This document shows, piece after piece, positions 18,011 to 26,914 of a stretch of 64,000 bases of DNA; position 1 is the stretch's first letter, and each line of letters starts with the position of its first letter. The DNA comes from a virus. The notes under the pieces were generated by a model. The model did no database searches, was not told the origin of the DNA, and was given only the letters and a program-made list of their open reading frames with translations. The position numbers and the translations under genes were made by a program. The stretch spans positions 6,174-70,173 of the IMG/VR virus record IMGVR_UViG_3300042549_007519. One strand, 5' to 3'.

Positions 18011-18619
18011 CTATTTCTTTTTAGCTATTACATAAACCAACACACCTACTAAAGCCAACCCTCCAATACCAAGACCAATATAAAGACCTACATTGCCTTT
18101 GTCTTTATCTTTCTCAATCTCTTTTATCTTGACCTCATTATCTGATTCTTTAGCTACGGTATCTGCTTCTTTTGACCTTGTACTATACTCTTTATCTTTT
18201 AAATAACCTTCTCCTAATTTAAAAAGTTTGTCAACAATACTACCAACAGTAGTATCTCCAAAATCTTTTTTAGGTTTTGCATTAGTTGTTGTAGAAGTTG
18301 TTTCGTTTGTTGTTTGTGGTATATACTTGTTTGTATAACTTAAATTTGAAGAAACTTGAGGTAAACTACCAAAAGGACTTGAAGTACTAAAATTAGCAAA
18401 AGCACCATCATTACTTTCAGCCATTAAAACCCCCATAAGCAAAATCGCTTCTTTTTTAAAAGATTCTGATTTTTGCATTGCTTTTAAAATGGTATTTGTC
18501 AACACTTCGTTTGAAATATTAGTATTAACCAATACACCATTTCTTCTTAACAATCCTAAAAATTTATCTTTATTTGTTCTTACTAATTCAAGTAAGATTT
18601 GTCCGAAATTATTTTCCAT
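18011..18619 (-). CDS. membrane protein, C-terminal TM
   Basis: GLYIGLGIGGLALVGVLVYVIAKKK. Confidence 0.7.
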   Translation of the reverse strand: MENNFGQILLELVRTNKDKFLGLLRRNGVLVNTNISNEVLTNTILKAMQKSESFKKEAILLMGVLMAESNDGAFANFSTSSPFGSLPQVSSNLSYTNKYIPQTTNETTSTTTNAKPKKDFGDTTVGSIVDKLFKLGEGYLKDKEYSTRSKEADTVAKESDNEVKIKEIEKDKDKGNVGLYIGLGIGGLALVGVLVYVIAKKK

Positions 18620-18622
18620 AAA

Positions 18623-18997
18623 TTATTTTTTTATCATTAATGCTGTAAAAATAAACAAAGCTGAAACTAAAATCATTACGTTTGTTTGTTGAGCAATTAC
18701 ATTAGAACTTGAATTTTCTTTTTCTTTTGCTACTTCATTACTTCCGTTAACATTTAAAAAGCTTTCATTTTTTCTTGAATTACAATTACAATTTGTATCT
18801 GTATTAGAAAACAATTCCAATATAATATTTTTATCTGGGTGGTTATCCATTATTTTTTTCAAAGCAGGTTCTCCTTCTTTGGCTACTAATTGCGATAACC
18901 CCATATCTGGAGTGTTAGCGTGTTCATATCCAAAAGATTCAATTATACCTTGAGTTAAAATTGGATTACTTTCAGCCACATATTTATATACATCCAT
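18623..18997 (-). CDS. membrane protein, C-terminal TM
   Basis: HPDK, CNC, FLNVNG, VMILVSALFIFTALMI. Confidence 0.7.
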   Translation of the reverse strand: MDVYKYVAESNPILTQGIIESFGYEHANTPDMGLSQLVAKEGEPALKKIMDNHPDKNIILELFSNTDTNCNCNSRKNESFLNVNGSNEVAKEKENSSSNVIAQQTNVMILVSALFIFTALMIKK

Positions 18998-19014
18998 GTT
19001 TTTATTTTTTTAAT

Positions 19015-19053
19015 AAAAAAAAGGACAAGACGAATTAATCAATCTTGCCCTTT
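19015..19053 (-). terminator. intrinsic terminator after the putative MCP
   Basis: minus: AAAGGGCAAGA-loop-TCTTGTCCTTTTTTTT. Confidence 0.75.
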
Positions 19054-19095
19054 GTTTCAATTATACATTAATTCGTTGCTTACAACAATATCAAA

Positions 19096-19797
19096 TTAAG
19101 CTTTTAATCTAATAGTTTGTCCATTAACAACATTTGGACTTCCGAATTGTTTAGCAACAGAGTTACCACCTAATGCACGAGCCAAGTTTATGTTATCAGC
19201 AGGGTAGAAGTATAATTTAACAGTTGCGTTAGCAAGAACTTGACGAATAATCAATTTCGTGAAACCATCAATTCTGTACGCATACTTCATTGCGATAATA
19301 TTTGTTTGTTGCTGATATGGGTCAATTGTAGGCACTAACGTTTTTTGTGCTAAATTACCATTTGCATCTTTAGTGTTAACCGAAATAGTTTCTAAAACTT
19401 GGTTAGCAGTTGCAGACTGAATGTAAGTTAAACCAACTGAATATGGTTGATTCATAAATTGGTATAACATTTCACGATAATTAATATCAGAAATTCCAGA
19501 AGAAATTGTAATTGAACCAATTACTAAATTTCCACCAGCAGTAAATCCAGCGTTGTTGATGTATTGGTATGAACCTAATACTTCAAAGTTAGCAACAGCA
19601 GAACCAGATGTAGATGTAATATCTACGATATAAGGTTGAGAAGTTGGAGCTGAACCACCGCCCATATCTCCACCAGCGTTTCTGAAGAAATCATCTCCAG
19701 TGAATGATAAATCATTATCAATAAATCCATCTGCATTTGCAAAGCTTTCCATTGCATTTCTTTGAGCAGACGCTAAATATTTTCTTACGTTTGACAT
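19096..19797 (-). CDS. putative major capsid protein (beta-rich, possibly single jelly-roll)
   Basis: soluble and beta-rich; codon usage looks high-expression; own promoter and terminator; paralogs in the window; near the packaging ATPase. Fold is inferred. Confidence 0.65.
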   Translation of the reverse strand: MSNVRKYLASAQRNAMESFANADGFIDNDLSFTGDDFFRNAGGDMGGGSAPTSQPYIVDITSTSGSAVANFEVLGSYQYINNAGFTAGGNLVIGSITISSGISDINYREMLYQFMNQPYSVGLTYIQSATANQVLETISVNTKDANGNLAQKTLVPTIDPYQQQTNIIAMKYAYRIDGFTKLIIRQVLANATVKLYFYPADNINLARALGGNSVAKQFGSPNVVNGQTIRLKA

Positions 19798-19850
19798 AAT
19801 ACTTTAATTTTTATAATTTTTAATTTTGTTTTTAAACTCTTTTAGCTTTA

Positions 19851-19979
19851 TTAAGCTTGTGCATCCATAGGAACAAGTGTTTTAGTTGACATATACTTTT
19901 TTTCAATAGCATTTGCTAACAATACACCTGCAACTACAACCGCAACACCTTTCAATAATGACACTAATTCTTTTTGCAT
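19851..19979 (-). CDS. 42-aa membrane protein co-transcribed with the MCP (below cutoff)
   Basis: MQKELVSLLKGVAVVVAGVLLANAIEKKYMSTKTLVPMDAQA. Confidence 0.75.
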   Translation of the reverse strand: MQKELVSLLKGVAVVVAGVLLANAIEKKYMSTKTLVPMDAQA

Positions 19980-20044
19980 TTCAGAATGTTTTTTTTAGTT
20001 AAACTTATTTTTTGTGATAATTGTTTACAGAAACAATAACAATT

Positions 20045-20052
20045 CAAAGATA
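20045..20052 (-). promoter_or_regulatory. -7 promoter element for the MCP unit
   Basis: TATCTTTG just downstream of the lysis-operon terminator. Confidence 0.55.
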
Positions 20053-20058
20053 TAATAC

Positions 20059-20088
20059 AAAAAAAAAAGCTCGTAATAAAACGAGCTT
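20059..20088 (-). terminator. intrinsic terminator after the lysis genes
   Basis: minus: GCTCGT-TTTATT-ACGAGC-T10. Confidence 0.75.
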
Positions 20089-20119
20089 AATATTCCGAAC
20101 TAAAATAATTTAAAAAAGT

Positions 20120-20524
20120 TTACTTAAAGAGTAAATACCCCGAAAGTCCTATGGATAGTATAGTTGTAGCTTTCCAAAACACATTATTAATTTTACTTTT
20201 GTATAATTGTTTTTTTGTATTTGATAAGTTTTCATCACTAATTTCAAGCAATTTATCTTTGCCTTTGACTATTTTATCAAGGTTAATGATTTGATTTTTA
20301 TTGTTTTCTATTATACTATCTTTGATAATTAACTTATCATTAAGCAATTTTATATTTTGATTAACTATTTTTAGCTCCTCTTTACACTCATCGCCTTTTA
20401 CCAAGTCAATAGCAATTTTTCTTGCAGTTGCAGTATCTATAACAACTTTATTTTTTGTATCTGTCTGCGAAAAACTTCTCCCACATAACAGCATCATAAG
20501 ACTTAAAAGAATTAATTTTTTCAT
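20120..20524 (-). CDS. spanin-like lysis accessory protein
   Basis: signal peptide, coiled coil, C-terminal TM; overlaps the upstream gene in Rz/Rz1 style. Confidence 0.5.
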   Translation of the reverse strand: MKKLILLSLMMLLCGRSFSQTDTKNKVVIDTATARKIAIDLVKGDECKEELKIVNQNIKLLNDKLIIKDSIIENNKNQIINLDKIVKGKDKLLEISDENLSNTKKQLYKSKINNVFWKATTILSIGLSGYLLFK

Positions 20525-20816
20525 TTGTTTTATTTTTTAAAATATCAATATTTTTGTTGTTTCTCGAAATATTACTATCTATTTTGATTAGCATTTTTTC
20601 ATAAGTAGCTATTTTTTCAGATAGTTTTTTATTCTCTTTTTCGTATTTTTCAATATCAGATTTAATTTCTTTAACTTCATTTTTTATGAATTTACTATTA
20701 TCAAAACTTGATTTAGTAAAAGTAAATTGTGTTATATTAATTATTATCAATAAAATTATAAATAATAATGACAAAATGATATAACTTTTTTTAGTGTCTT
20801 TTTCAAAGTTTAACAT
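20448..20816 (-). CDS. i-spanin-like protein
   Basis: N-terminal TM plus coiled coil directly after the endolysin. Confidence 0.55.
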   Translation of the reverse strand: MLNFEKDTKKSYIILSLLFIILLIIINITQFTFTKSSFDNSKFIKNEVKEIKSDIEKYEKENKKLSEKIATYEKMLIKIDSNISRNNKNIDILKNKTNEKINSFKSYDAVMWEKFFADRYKK

Positions 20817-20839
20817 AAGTGTAAGTTTTTTCGTTGTTA

Positions 20840-21313
20840 TTAATCTTTTATCTGAAAGTGCATCCAATCATAATTTCTTTCCCTACCTAAAGATATAAAA
20901 CCATGCTTGTAAAATATATCAATCATTGGTTTGTATTCAAGTCTTGCAAATCTTGCTGTTCTTGATGTTTCTCTTAATTTATTTCTTTCTGGGTCTAAAT
21001 CAATACAAATTCCCCAAGCATGAGTACTCCAATCAGAACCATTTCTCATAGCTCTAAAATTAAAACACCCACCAAACAAATCAATTCCTAATTCAACTAA
21101 TTTATCGTATCCATAATAATCTAACAAATCATTAAAAACAGCTAAAAATTTATCAGCCACAAGTTTATGACAACGCATTGTGTTTATTTTAGTGTTTTTA
21201 TCCCAAGCTAAACGCATAGGGTATGGAAGCTTTATAGATACTAAATACGAGCCGTTTTGATTTGGCTTTCCATATTTTTTTATTATTTCTTTCGTATTAA
21301 TTATTTTGTCCAT
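20840..21313 (-). CDS. endolysin, peptidase M15 family
   Basis: FNFRAMR..WSTHAWGICIDLD..DWMHFQ. Confidence 0.9.
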   Translation of the reverse strand: MDKIINTKEIIKKYGKPNQNGSYLVSIKLPYPMRLAWDKNTKINTMRCHKLVADKFLAVFNDLLDYYGYDKLVELGIDLFGGCFNFRAMRNGSDWSTHAWGICIDLDPERNKLRETSRTARFARLEYKPMIDIFYKHGFISLGRERNYDWMHFQIKD

Positions 21314-21533
21314 TTTTTACTTTATAAAGTTCTTTTACAATTTCAGTAAATCCTTGAATAGCAACATAACCAGTTGCTACAATAGTCCAATTATCTCCAT
21401 CTAATTTTCCATCAAATAAACCAACCGAAGCAATGATTAAAACCATTAGCTTTCTGGAAATCCAATTGTTTAAAAATTTATCTATTCTTTGTCCAGCGGA
21501 CTTCCTTATGTTTTCTATTCTTTGTTTTGTCAT
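21297..21533 (-). CDS. holin-like two-TM protein
   Basis: SRKL plus two TMs, directly upstream of the endolysin. Confidence 0.7.
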   Translation of the reverse strand: MTKQRIENIRKSAGQRIDKFLNNWISRKLMVLIIASVGLFDGKLDGDNWTIVATGYVAIQGFTEIVKELYKVKNGQNN

Positions 21534-21539
21534 GATTAA

Positions 21540-22358
21540 TTAAAAATAATATTTCATCATTCTATCTTTATGGAACTTAACCGCATCAGCAGGTGTAAAT
21601 TTCTTTTTACCACCCAATAAATCTTTTTGTTGTAACATAGGTGTTATTAGTTTTCTGTAATTGTGTGATATGTATTCTTCAATAATTGGTTCGATTTTTT
21701 TCATATCAACTCCTTTTATTTTTTCATCATCAATATCCACATATACAAATACTCTTTGGTTATCGTGTTCATGATATTCTTTGTTGGTATATAGCTCAAC
21801 TATTTTAAACATTTCATACTTATCTTCAAACTTATTTCTATGTTTGTCAACACTATCTGTATTTTTGTGAAACCTCATCCAATTCAAATTCTGCCATATT
21901 TTTGGAGAAACCCTTCCAATTGACTGAAAATGTAATATAATGTCTGTATCAGTATGTCTATTTGTTACAATAGCACCAACAAGGTCATTTGGTAAATAAT
22001 CAGAAATATATCTATTAATATCTTCAATAAGTAAAAGTCCATTACGATAATCAAAAAGCACTTTAAAAAGTACTTCTTGAATATCGTTAACAGTTAATCT
22101 TTTTCCGTTATCGTGAAAAGGTCTAATCCTTCTAATTTCTATTTTAGGGTGCATTGAGAATTTCTGAACATCTGCTAAACTTAACGCTTTAATATCTTCA
22201 TACTCATCGTTAACATCAAGTATAAGCACACGTCTTGGCTTTACTCCCTTTGCAGGATTACCCATTACATATTGCTGAAGCATACGTTTAGTAGTAAAAG
22301 TTTTTCCACAACCCTTACGACCAACCGCTACTCCTAATTTTGGCTCTCTTTCTTCCAT
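21540..22358 (-). CDS. FtsK/HerA-superfamily (A32/P9-like) genome packaging ATPase
   Basis: Walker A GRKGCGKT, Walker B LLLIED, NRH-x-x-hhhhh-Q motif (TNRHTDTDIILHFQS); ~270 aa with no nuclease domain. Confidence 0.8.
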   Translation of the reverse strand: MEEREPKLGVAVGRKGCGKTFTTKRMLQQYVMGNPAKGVKPRRVLILDVNDEYEDIKALSLADVQKFSMHPKIEIRRIRPFHDNGKRLTVNDIQEVLFKVLFDYRNGLLLIEDINRYISDYLPNDLVGAIVTNRHTDTDIILHFQSIGRVSPKIWQNLNWMRFHKNTDSVDKHRNKFEDKYEMFKIVELYTNKEYHEHDNQRVFVYVDIDDEKIKGVDMKKIEPIIEEYISHNYRKLITPMLQQKDLLGGKKKFTPADAVKFHKDRMMKYYF

Positions 22359-22360
22359 AA

Positions 22361-23014
22361 TTATTTTTTTAACCACGCTAAAAATTTTTTAAATCGTGTT
22401 TTTTTGGATTCTGAATTATTTAATTTTGGGTATAAATATATTTCAACTCTTGTTTTAGGATAAATTTCTTCTAAAACTAATTTAGTAAAACCATCTATTC
22501 CATAAGTATAATTCATATTAATTTGACAATCCATTATTTTTGATGGATATGGCGTTATAGTAGGTACTAATGTCTTTTGTGCTGAATTACCATTTGCATC
22601 TTTTGTTTGAACTTTAATAACACTTAAAATCTGATAAGGAGTAGTTGATTTAATAATAGTTAAACCAACAGTAAAAGGATGGTTCATAAATTGATACAAC
22701 ATTTCACGATAGGATACATTAGAAAATTTATTAGGTCTAATTTTTATTGAACCAAATTCCATATTACCTTCTAAATCATAAAATGGTTTACTAATGTTTT
22801 CATAAGACCCAAAAAAATCAATATTTTCTAAAATTTCATCTCCAATATTATCTATAATTATAGAGTATGGCTGACCTAATTCAGATTCTTCAACAAATTC
22901 TTTATATTTTTTAGGTATAAAAAATAATATAAACAATTTTAATTTTCTTAAAATACTATTTAAAAAGTTTGATACTAAACTTTTTTCTCTGATTGATAAT
23001 TTATTTTTTTTCAT
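22361..23014 (-). CDS. close paralog of the putative MCP with different termini
   Basis: YREMLYQFMN, TKDANGN.AQKTLVPTI, IDGFTKL shared with 19096..19797. Confidence 0.8.
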   Translation of the reverse strand: MKKNKLSIREKSLVSNFLNSILRKLKLFILFFIPKKYKEFVEESELGQPYSIIIDNIGDEILENIDFFGSYENISKPFYDLEGNMEFGSIKIRPNKFSNVSYREMLYQFMNHPFTVGLTIIKSTTPYQILSVIKVQTKDANGNSAQKTLVPTITPYPSKIMDCQINMNYTYGIDGFTKLVLEEIYPKTRVEIYLYPKLNNSESKKTRFKKFLAWLKK

Positions 23015-23016
23015 TT

Positions 23017-23427
23017 TTAAAGAATATTTATTTTTAATTTTTCTTCCAATTCATTTTTTTCTAATTTTTTCAAAATATCATTTTTAGCTTTTTCTAAAAT
23101 TCCTAATAATTCAAAAGAATTAAATCCAGTATTTTGTATGTTTAAAGTTGTAAATCCATCTTTTTCTACTAATGCAATCGTGTAAGCTTTAACAATCATT
23201 TTAAAATCATTATTTGGATTATTAAATTCATTATTTGAATAAAAGTTGAAATCGTAATTTAAAAATTTTTGTAATTTACAAATGATAGTATAACTAATTA
23301 TTTCGCTATCAATAATTTTACGAAAAGTTGGTCTGGTTATTTCTAAAAACTCTGCAACTTCAGAATTTTTAATCCTTCTTGACTTTAAAAAATCTTTTAA
23401 AGTGTTACCCATGTGTGTTTTGTTCAT
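23017..23427 (-). CDS. XRE-like HTH protein
   Basis: LKDFLKSRRIKNSEVAEFLEITRPTFRKI. Confidence 0.7.
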   Translation of the reverse strand: MNKTHMGNTLKDFLKSRRIKNSEVAEFLEITRPTFRKIIDSEIISYTIICKLQKFLNYDFNFYSNNEFNNPNNDFKMIVKAYTIALVEKDGFTTLNIQNTGFNSFELLGILEKAKNDILKKLEKNELEEKLKINIL

Positions 23428-23451
23428 AATAAATACTATATAAAATTATAT

Positions 23452-23790
23452 TTATATTTTTGGACTTAATAACATTTTTTTATTAACTCTTTTTTCTATA
23501 TATTGCATTACATCATCATAAGTTGTTTCAGACAAATCTATCAAAGGAGAAAAACAATTTGAATTATAAAAAATATATTTTTTTGCTATTGTTTTTTTAC
23601 CACAATATCTACAAGTAATAAAACCATTATATTTTTTAAAATCATAAGAAATACCTATATCTATTGTTAATTCACTACCAATACAACAACCTGTGTTAAT
23701 CTCTTTAATAAAAAATTCATCTCCCTTTTTAAAATCTAATTGAGAGTGATTTTTAATAGCAACAATTTTTTGCCCTACAAAAAAATCCAT
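23452..23790 (-). CDS. hypothetical protein with CxxC
   Basis: FFVGQKIVAIKNH; CC..CRYCG. Confidence 0.6.
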   Translation of the reverse strand: MDFFVGQKIVAIKNHSQLDFKKGDEFFIKEINTGCCIGSELTIDIGISYDFKKYNGFITCRYCGKKTIAKKYIFYNSNCFSPLIDLSETTYDDVMQYIEKRVNKKMLLSPKI

Positions 23791-23795
23791 AATAA

Positions 23796-23820
23796 TTTTA
23801 GCACTTGCCCTTGCAATCGG
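23796..23820 (-). promoter_or_regulatory. conserved leader motif CCRATTGCAAGGnnAAGTGCTAAAA, copy 1
   Basis: three copies, each exactly 10 nt before an ATG. Confidence 0.7.
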
Positions 23821-23888
23821 TTTTAAAGTTCAAAGCAAATGTAATAATGTTTTTTGGTTTTATAAAATTATTTTACCATTTTTTAACA

Positions 23889-24947
23889 TTATTTTCTTGG
23901 TTTTCTTGTTGTAGTAGCTCTTTTTTTACGAGTTGGTTTTTCTAATCCACTCTCTTTTGCTATTTTATCTATACCAGCTAAAATCTCTGGGTCGCCAAAT
24001 GTAGGCATATTATCCGCTACTACTTTTTCTTCTTTAAAACCTCCTCTATCGTTCAAAATAGAATAAACTCCATCTTCAACTTCTTCTGGCTCAAAGAACT
24101 CAACTTGCGTATCTAAATTAGTAGCAGGTTTTTGTTTTTTAGGTTTTTTTACAACTTCTTCTTGAACTACATCGCTTATGTTTTCGGTAAATTCTGAACT
24201 TGATTGTGTTTGAACTGGTTCTTGTTTTACTTCTGTTTCTGCTGTTGGTCTTGGTGTTCTATTGTATGTGTTTTGCTCTCTAATTGCTAAAGTGTTTTCT
24301 CTTAAAGAATCTAAAATACCATTGGCTGTTTTTCTTAACATAAAAGCTTGTACTCCTTTCGCTCCAAAATCGGTAGCAAAATAATACATAAGCAATTGTT
24401 CATCGGTCATACCAATACCACGTTTTTTGAAAACTCTTTCTAAAGGTGGTTTTACTTTTTCTTTAAATTCGTCTGAAACTGAAAAAGCATCTTTGATACT
24501 ATCATTATATTCTCTTGCAAACTCTTTAACGCCTAAACTTCCTGCTTCTGTTGGTATTTCTATACTTGGGTCAATTTCTCCTTCAGCAATAAGTCTGTCT
24601 AACTTGCCTTCTGAAATTTCTGGTAGCTTTCCTAAAAATCCACAACCTTTTTCATATATGTCAAGGGTCATTTCAGCCATCATTTTAGCACCCATTGTTT
24701 TTTCTTTACCATCTAACTCGCTATAACTTTGGTTAAACGGTCTTTCTGGTTCGGATTCAGCTCCTTCTTCATCAAAATCATTAAAACTTGGTGGTTGAAA
24801 AGAAGGTTCTTGTAAATCCTCAAAAACTTGCGTATCTGCAATATGATGTTGAGTATAAGTACGCTGTTTTACTGGTGCATCTAATGGAGAAAAATCATCA
24901 ATTATCTCTACTTGTGGTTCTGTTGTGTTAAATGTTTCTTGGCTCAT
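23889..24947 (-). CDS. acidic protein of unknown function (possible assembly factor)
   Basis: long ORF, acidic N-terminus, basic C-terminal tail. Confidence 0.6.
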   Translation of the reverse strand: MSQETFNTTEPQVEIIDDFSPLDAPVKQRTYTQHHIADTQVFEDLQEPSFQPPSFNDFDEEGAESEPERPFNQSYSELDGKEKTMGAKMMAEMTLDIYEKGCGFLGKLPEISEGKLDRLIAEGEIDPSIEIPTEAGSLGVKEFAREYNDSIKDAFSVSDEFKEKVKPPLERVFKKRGIGMTDEQLLMYYFATDFGAKGVQAFMLRKTANGILDSLRENTLAIREQNTYNRTPRPTAETEVKQEPVQTQSSSEFTENISDVVQEEVVKKPKKQKPATNLDTQVEFFEPEEVEDGVYSILNDRGGFKEEKVVADNMPTFGDPEILAGIDKIAKESGLEKPTRKKRATTTRKPRK

Positions 24948-24957
24948 TTTTATAATA

Positions 24958-25389
24958 TTAATTATTTTCTATTTTTAGTAAAATATTATCTAATTTAGAT
25001 AGCATTTTTTTTTCAAAAGGATGTGTCCTACTCATTTCTTCTACTTCTTTTATAAGCGTAGATATTACAGTAAAAGACTTTTTAGTTACAAAATGTATTT
25101 TATTATAATCAAAATTATATTTTTTGTATAAAATAAAAAACACAAAACCTAAAGCGTACCTTCTATTGTTTTTTCTTATTGTGCAATAAAATTCATCGGT
25201 AGTCATTTGGTATTCATCACAAACAATTAAGATTAATTGTTTTGCTTTGTTGTATTCCTCTTGCGTTATCTCTTTGTGTGTTTTCCTTATGTCTTTCAAA
25301 AACTCGGTAAGTTTAGCCACTCCAACAATTTCTGCGGTAGAGCCAACTTCTTTCAGCATTTTTGATATATCTAAATTTTCTTGGTTCAT
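24958..25389 (-). CDS. protein with DnaA C-terminal-like HTH
   Basis: ILIVCDEYQM..RK..R....FILYKKYNFDYNKI pattern. Confidence 0.45.
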   Translation of the reverse strand: MNQENLDISKMLKEVGSTAEIVGVAKLTEFLKDIRKTHKEITQEEYNKAKQLILIVCDEYQMTTDEFYCTIRKNNRRYALGFVFFILYKKYNFDYNKIHFVTKKSFTVISTLIKEVEEMSRTHPFEKKMLSKLDNILLKIENN

Positions 25390-25393
25390 TTAG

Positions 25394-25786
25394 TTACACT
25401 TTTAAGTAGTTATCTATTATATCCTTTGTCATGTCAAAATTCCAACTAAAAACCGCCATATAACCTTTCTCTTTGAGTTTGTTAATTGCTTCTAATTGGT
25501 TTTTTAAATGGTCGTCTTTTGATGCCTTTATTTGCCCATCTTTTTTGAAAGGTGTTTCTACTTTCAGCTCAATAAACAAACCGCTATATCCGTTTCTTGG
25601 CTCTAAAATTAATAAATCTGGACAAGAAAAACCACTTTTTTGTATTTTTTTATTTCGACTTGCTTGTGCAGGTGTTAATTTTAAACTTGCAATAGTGTCT
25701 GACAAATAAAGAATATCTTGATATTGGTAGCTTAAATATCTGCAAATTGAAGCTTGCAATTCAAACTCTGGTTGTTTTTTACTCAT
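25394..25786 (-). CDS. VRR-NUC nuclease
   Basis: EFELQ..PDLLILEPRNGYSGLFIELK..Q. Confidence 0.85.
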   Translation of the reverse strand: MSKKQPEFELQASICRYLSYQYQDILYLSDTIASLKLTPAQASRNKKIQKSGFSCPDLLILEPRNGYSGLFIELKVETPFKKDGQIKASKDDHLKNQLEAINKLKEKGYMAVFSWNFDMTKDIIDNYLKV

Positions 25787-26427
25787 ATACCATATTTTTT
25801 AGCAAACTCTTTATGTTTCAGTATTTTTTCTCCGACCTCTTTAGCGAAGTCATTATCTGAAGGAAAATGCAAACCTAAATTAACTCTACTTTCAGCAATA
25901 TCTTGAATAATTGATTTTGCAAACTTGTAATGTGTTGGGTGTGTATTTCCTATTACATTAAGCATTACATAAGCTTGTAATGTATGACCCGAAGGAAAAG
26001 AACTTGAATTTGCCGTAAAGCTTTCGTAAGGAAATAACTTTAACTGATAATAGTTTGCCAATTGATAAGGTCTTGGTCTATTAAAGTTAACTTTTAATTT
26101 AGCAATTAAAGGATTAATATCGCTTTCGATACTTGAACATATTTCTTCAACATCAATCCCTTTTTGCTTAAATATAGTTACTAAACTTTGAATCAAACTT
26201 CTATCGTATGATTTATACCTTTTTAAATAAATTTCGTTTTCTGGTTGTTGCAATAATGAAATACCATGTACGACTTCATTTAATTCTTCTTTGGTTAGTT
26301 CAGAATCATTTAAAGGCATTTGTTCGCTTTTAAGTTCTTCAAATAGGCTATCCACTAAACCTTTTTGATTTAAAAGCTCTAATATCTTTTGTGTTGGGTT
26401 TCCGTAAGTTACTTGGTTTAACTCCAT
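25783..26427 (-). CDS. PAP2-family phosphatase
   Basis: K-x6-RP (KVNFNRPRP), SFPSGH, SRVNLGLHFPSD. Confidence 0.9.
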   Translation of the reverse strand: MELNQVTYGNPTQKILELLNQKGLVDSLFEELKSEQMPLNDSELTKEELNEVVHGISLLQQPENEIYLKRYKSYDRSLIQSLVTIFKQKGIDVEEICSSIESDINPLIAKLKVNFNRPRPYQLANYYQLKLFPYESFTANSSSFPSGHTLQAYVMLNVIGNTHPTHYKFAKSIIQDIAESRVNLGLHFPSDNDFAKEVGEKILKHKEFAKKYGI

Positions 26428-26429
26428 AA

Positions 26430-26750
26430 TTATTTAGTTAATAAACAACTACTCATAAATTCTGATTTTGCTTTTAGCATAGCTTCTTCCGATGCGTATC
26501 TTGCAGTTGAAGAAAAATCATTCCATTTTTTCTCACATTCAGCTTGTTTTGGATTTACTAAATTTTCTACTGCACCTGTAACAGTTCCTACTGCACCGCT
26601 AATAACACTTCCTGCTCCAGAAACAATTTCTTCTGCTCCAGTTTTCACATCGCTTACTGCGTTGCTTTTCTTTTTAAATAAGTCTTTTTTAAAGACTAAA
26701 TAACCAATAGCTAATCCGCTACCAATTAATAATAAATCTTTTGCTTTCAT
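26430..26750 (-). CDS. membrane protein, N-terminal TM, Cys-pair module shared with 9290..9877
   Basis: ECEKKW..EFMSSC. Confidence 0.7.
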   Translation of the reverse strand: MKAKDLLLIGSGLAIGYLVFKKDLFKKKSNAVSDVKTGAEEIVSGAGSVISGAVGTVTGAVENLVNPKQAECEKKWNDFSSTARYASEEAMLKAKSEFMSSCLLTK

Positions 26751-26758
26751 AGTTTTAA

Positions 26759-26896
26759 TTATTTTGCTTTGTAAACAGTTAAACCTGTTTTTGTTTTTGA
26801 AGCAACGTATTTTTTTCCGTTATATTCAAATGATTCTGCTTTACTTTTTTTAGCTTCCAACATTGCTTTGAAATACCCATTTTGCTCTTTTGCCAT
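26759..26896 (-). CDS. 45-aa basic protein, possible DNA-binding core protein (below cutoff)
   Basis: MAKEQNGYFKAMLEAKKSKAESFEYNGKKYVASKTKTGLTVYKAK. Confidence 0.65.
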   Translation of the reverse strand: MAKEQNGYFKAMLEAKKSKAESFEYNGKKYVASKTKTGLTVYKAK

Positions 26897-26914
26897 AATT
26901 TCTAATATTTAATT

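Noticed and set aside
21540-22376. Terminase large subunit
   Set aside because: Too short, no RNase H-like nuclease domain, and the motifs fit the FtsK/HerA type.
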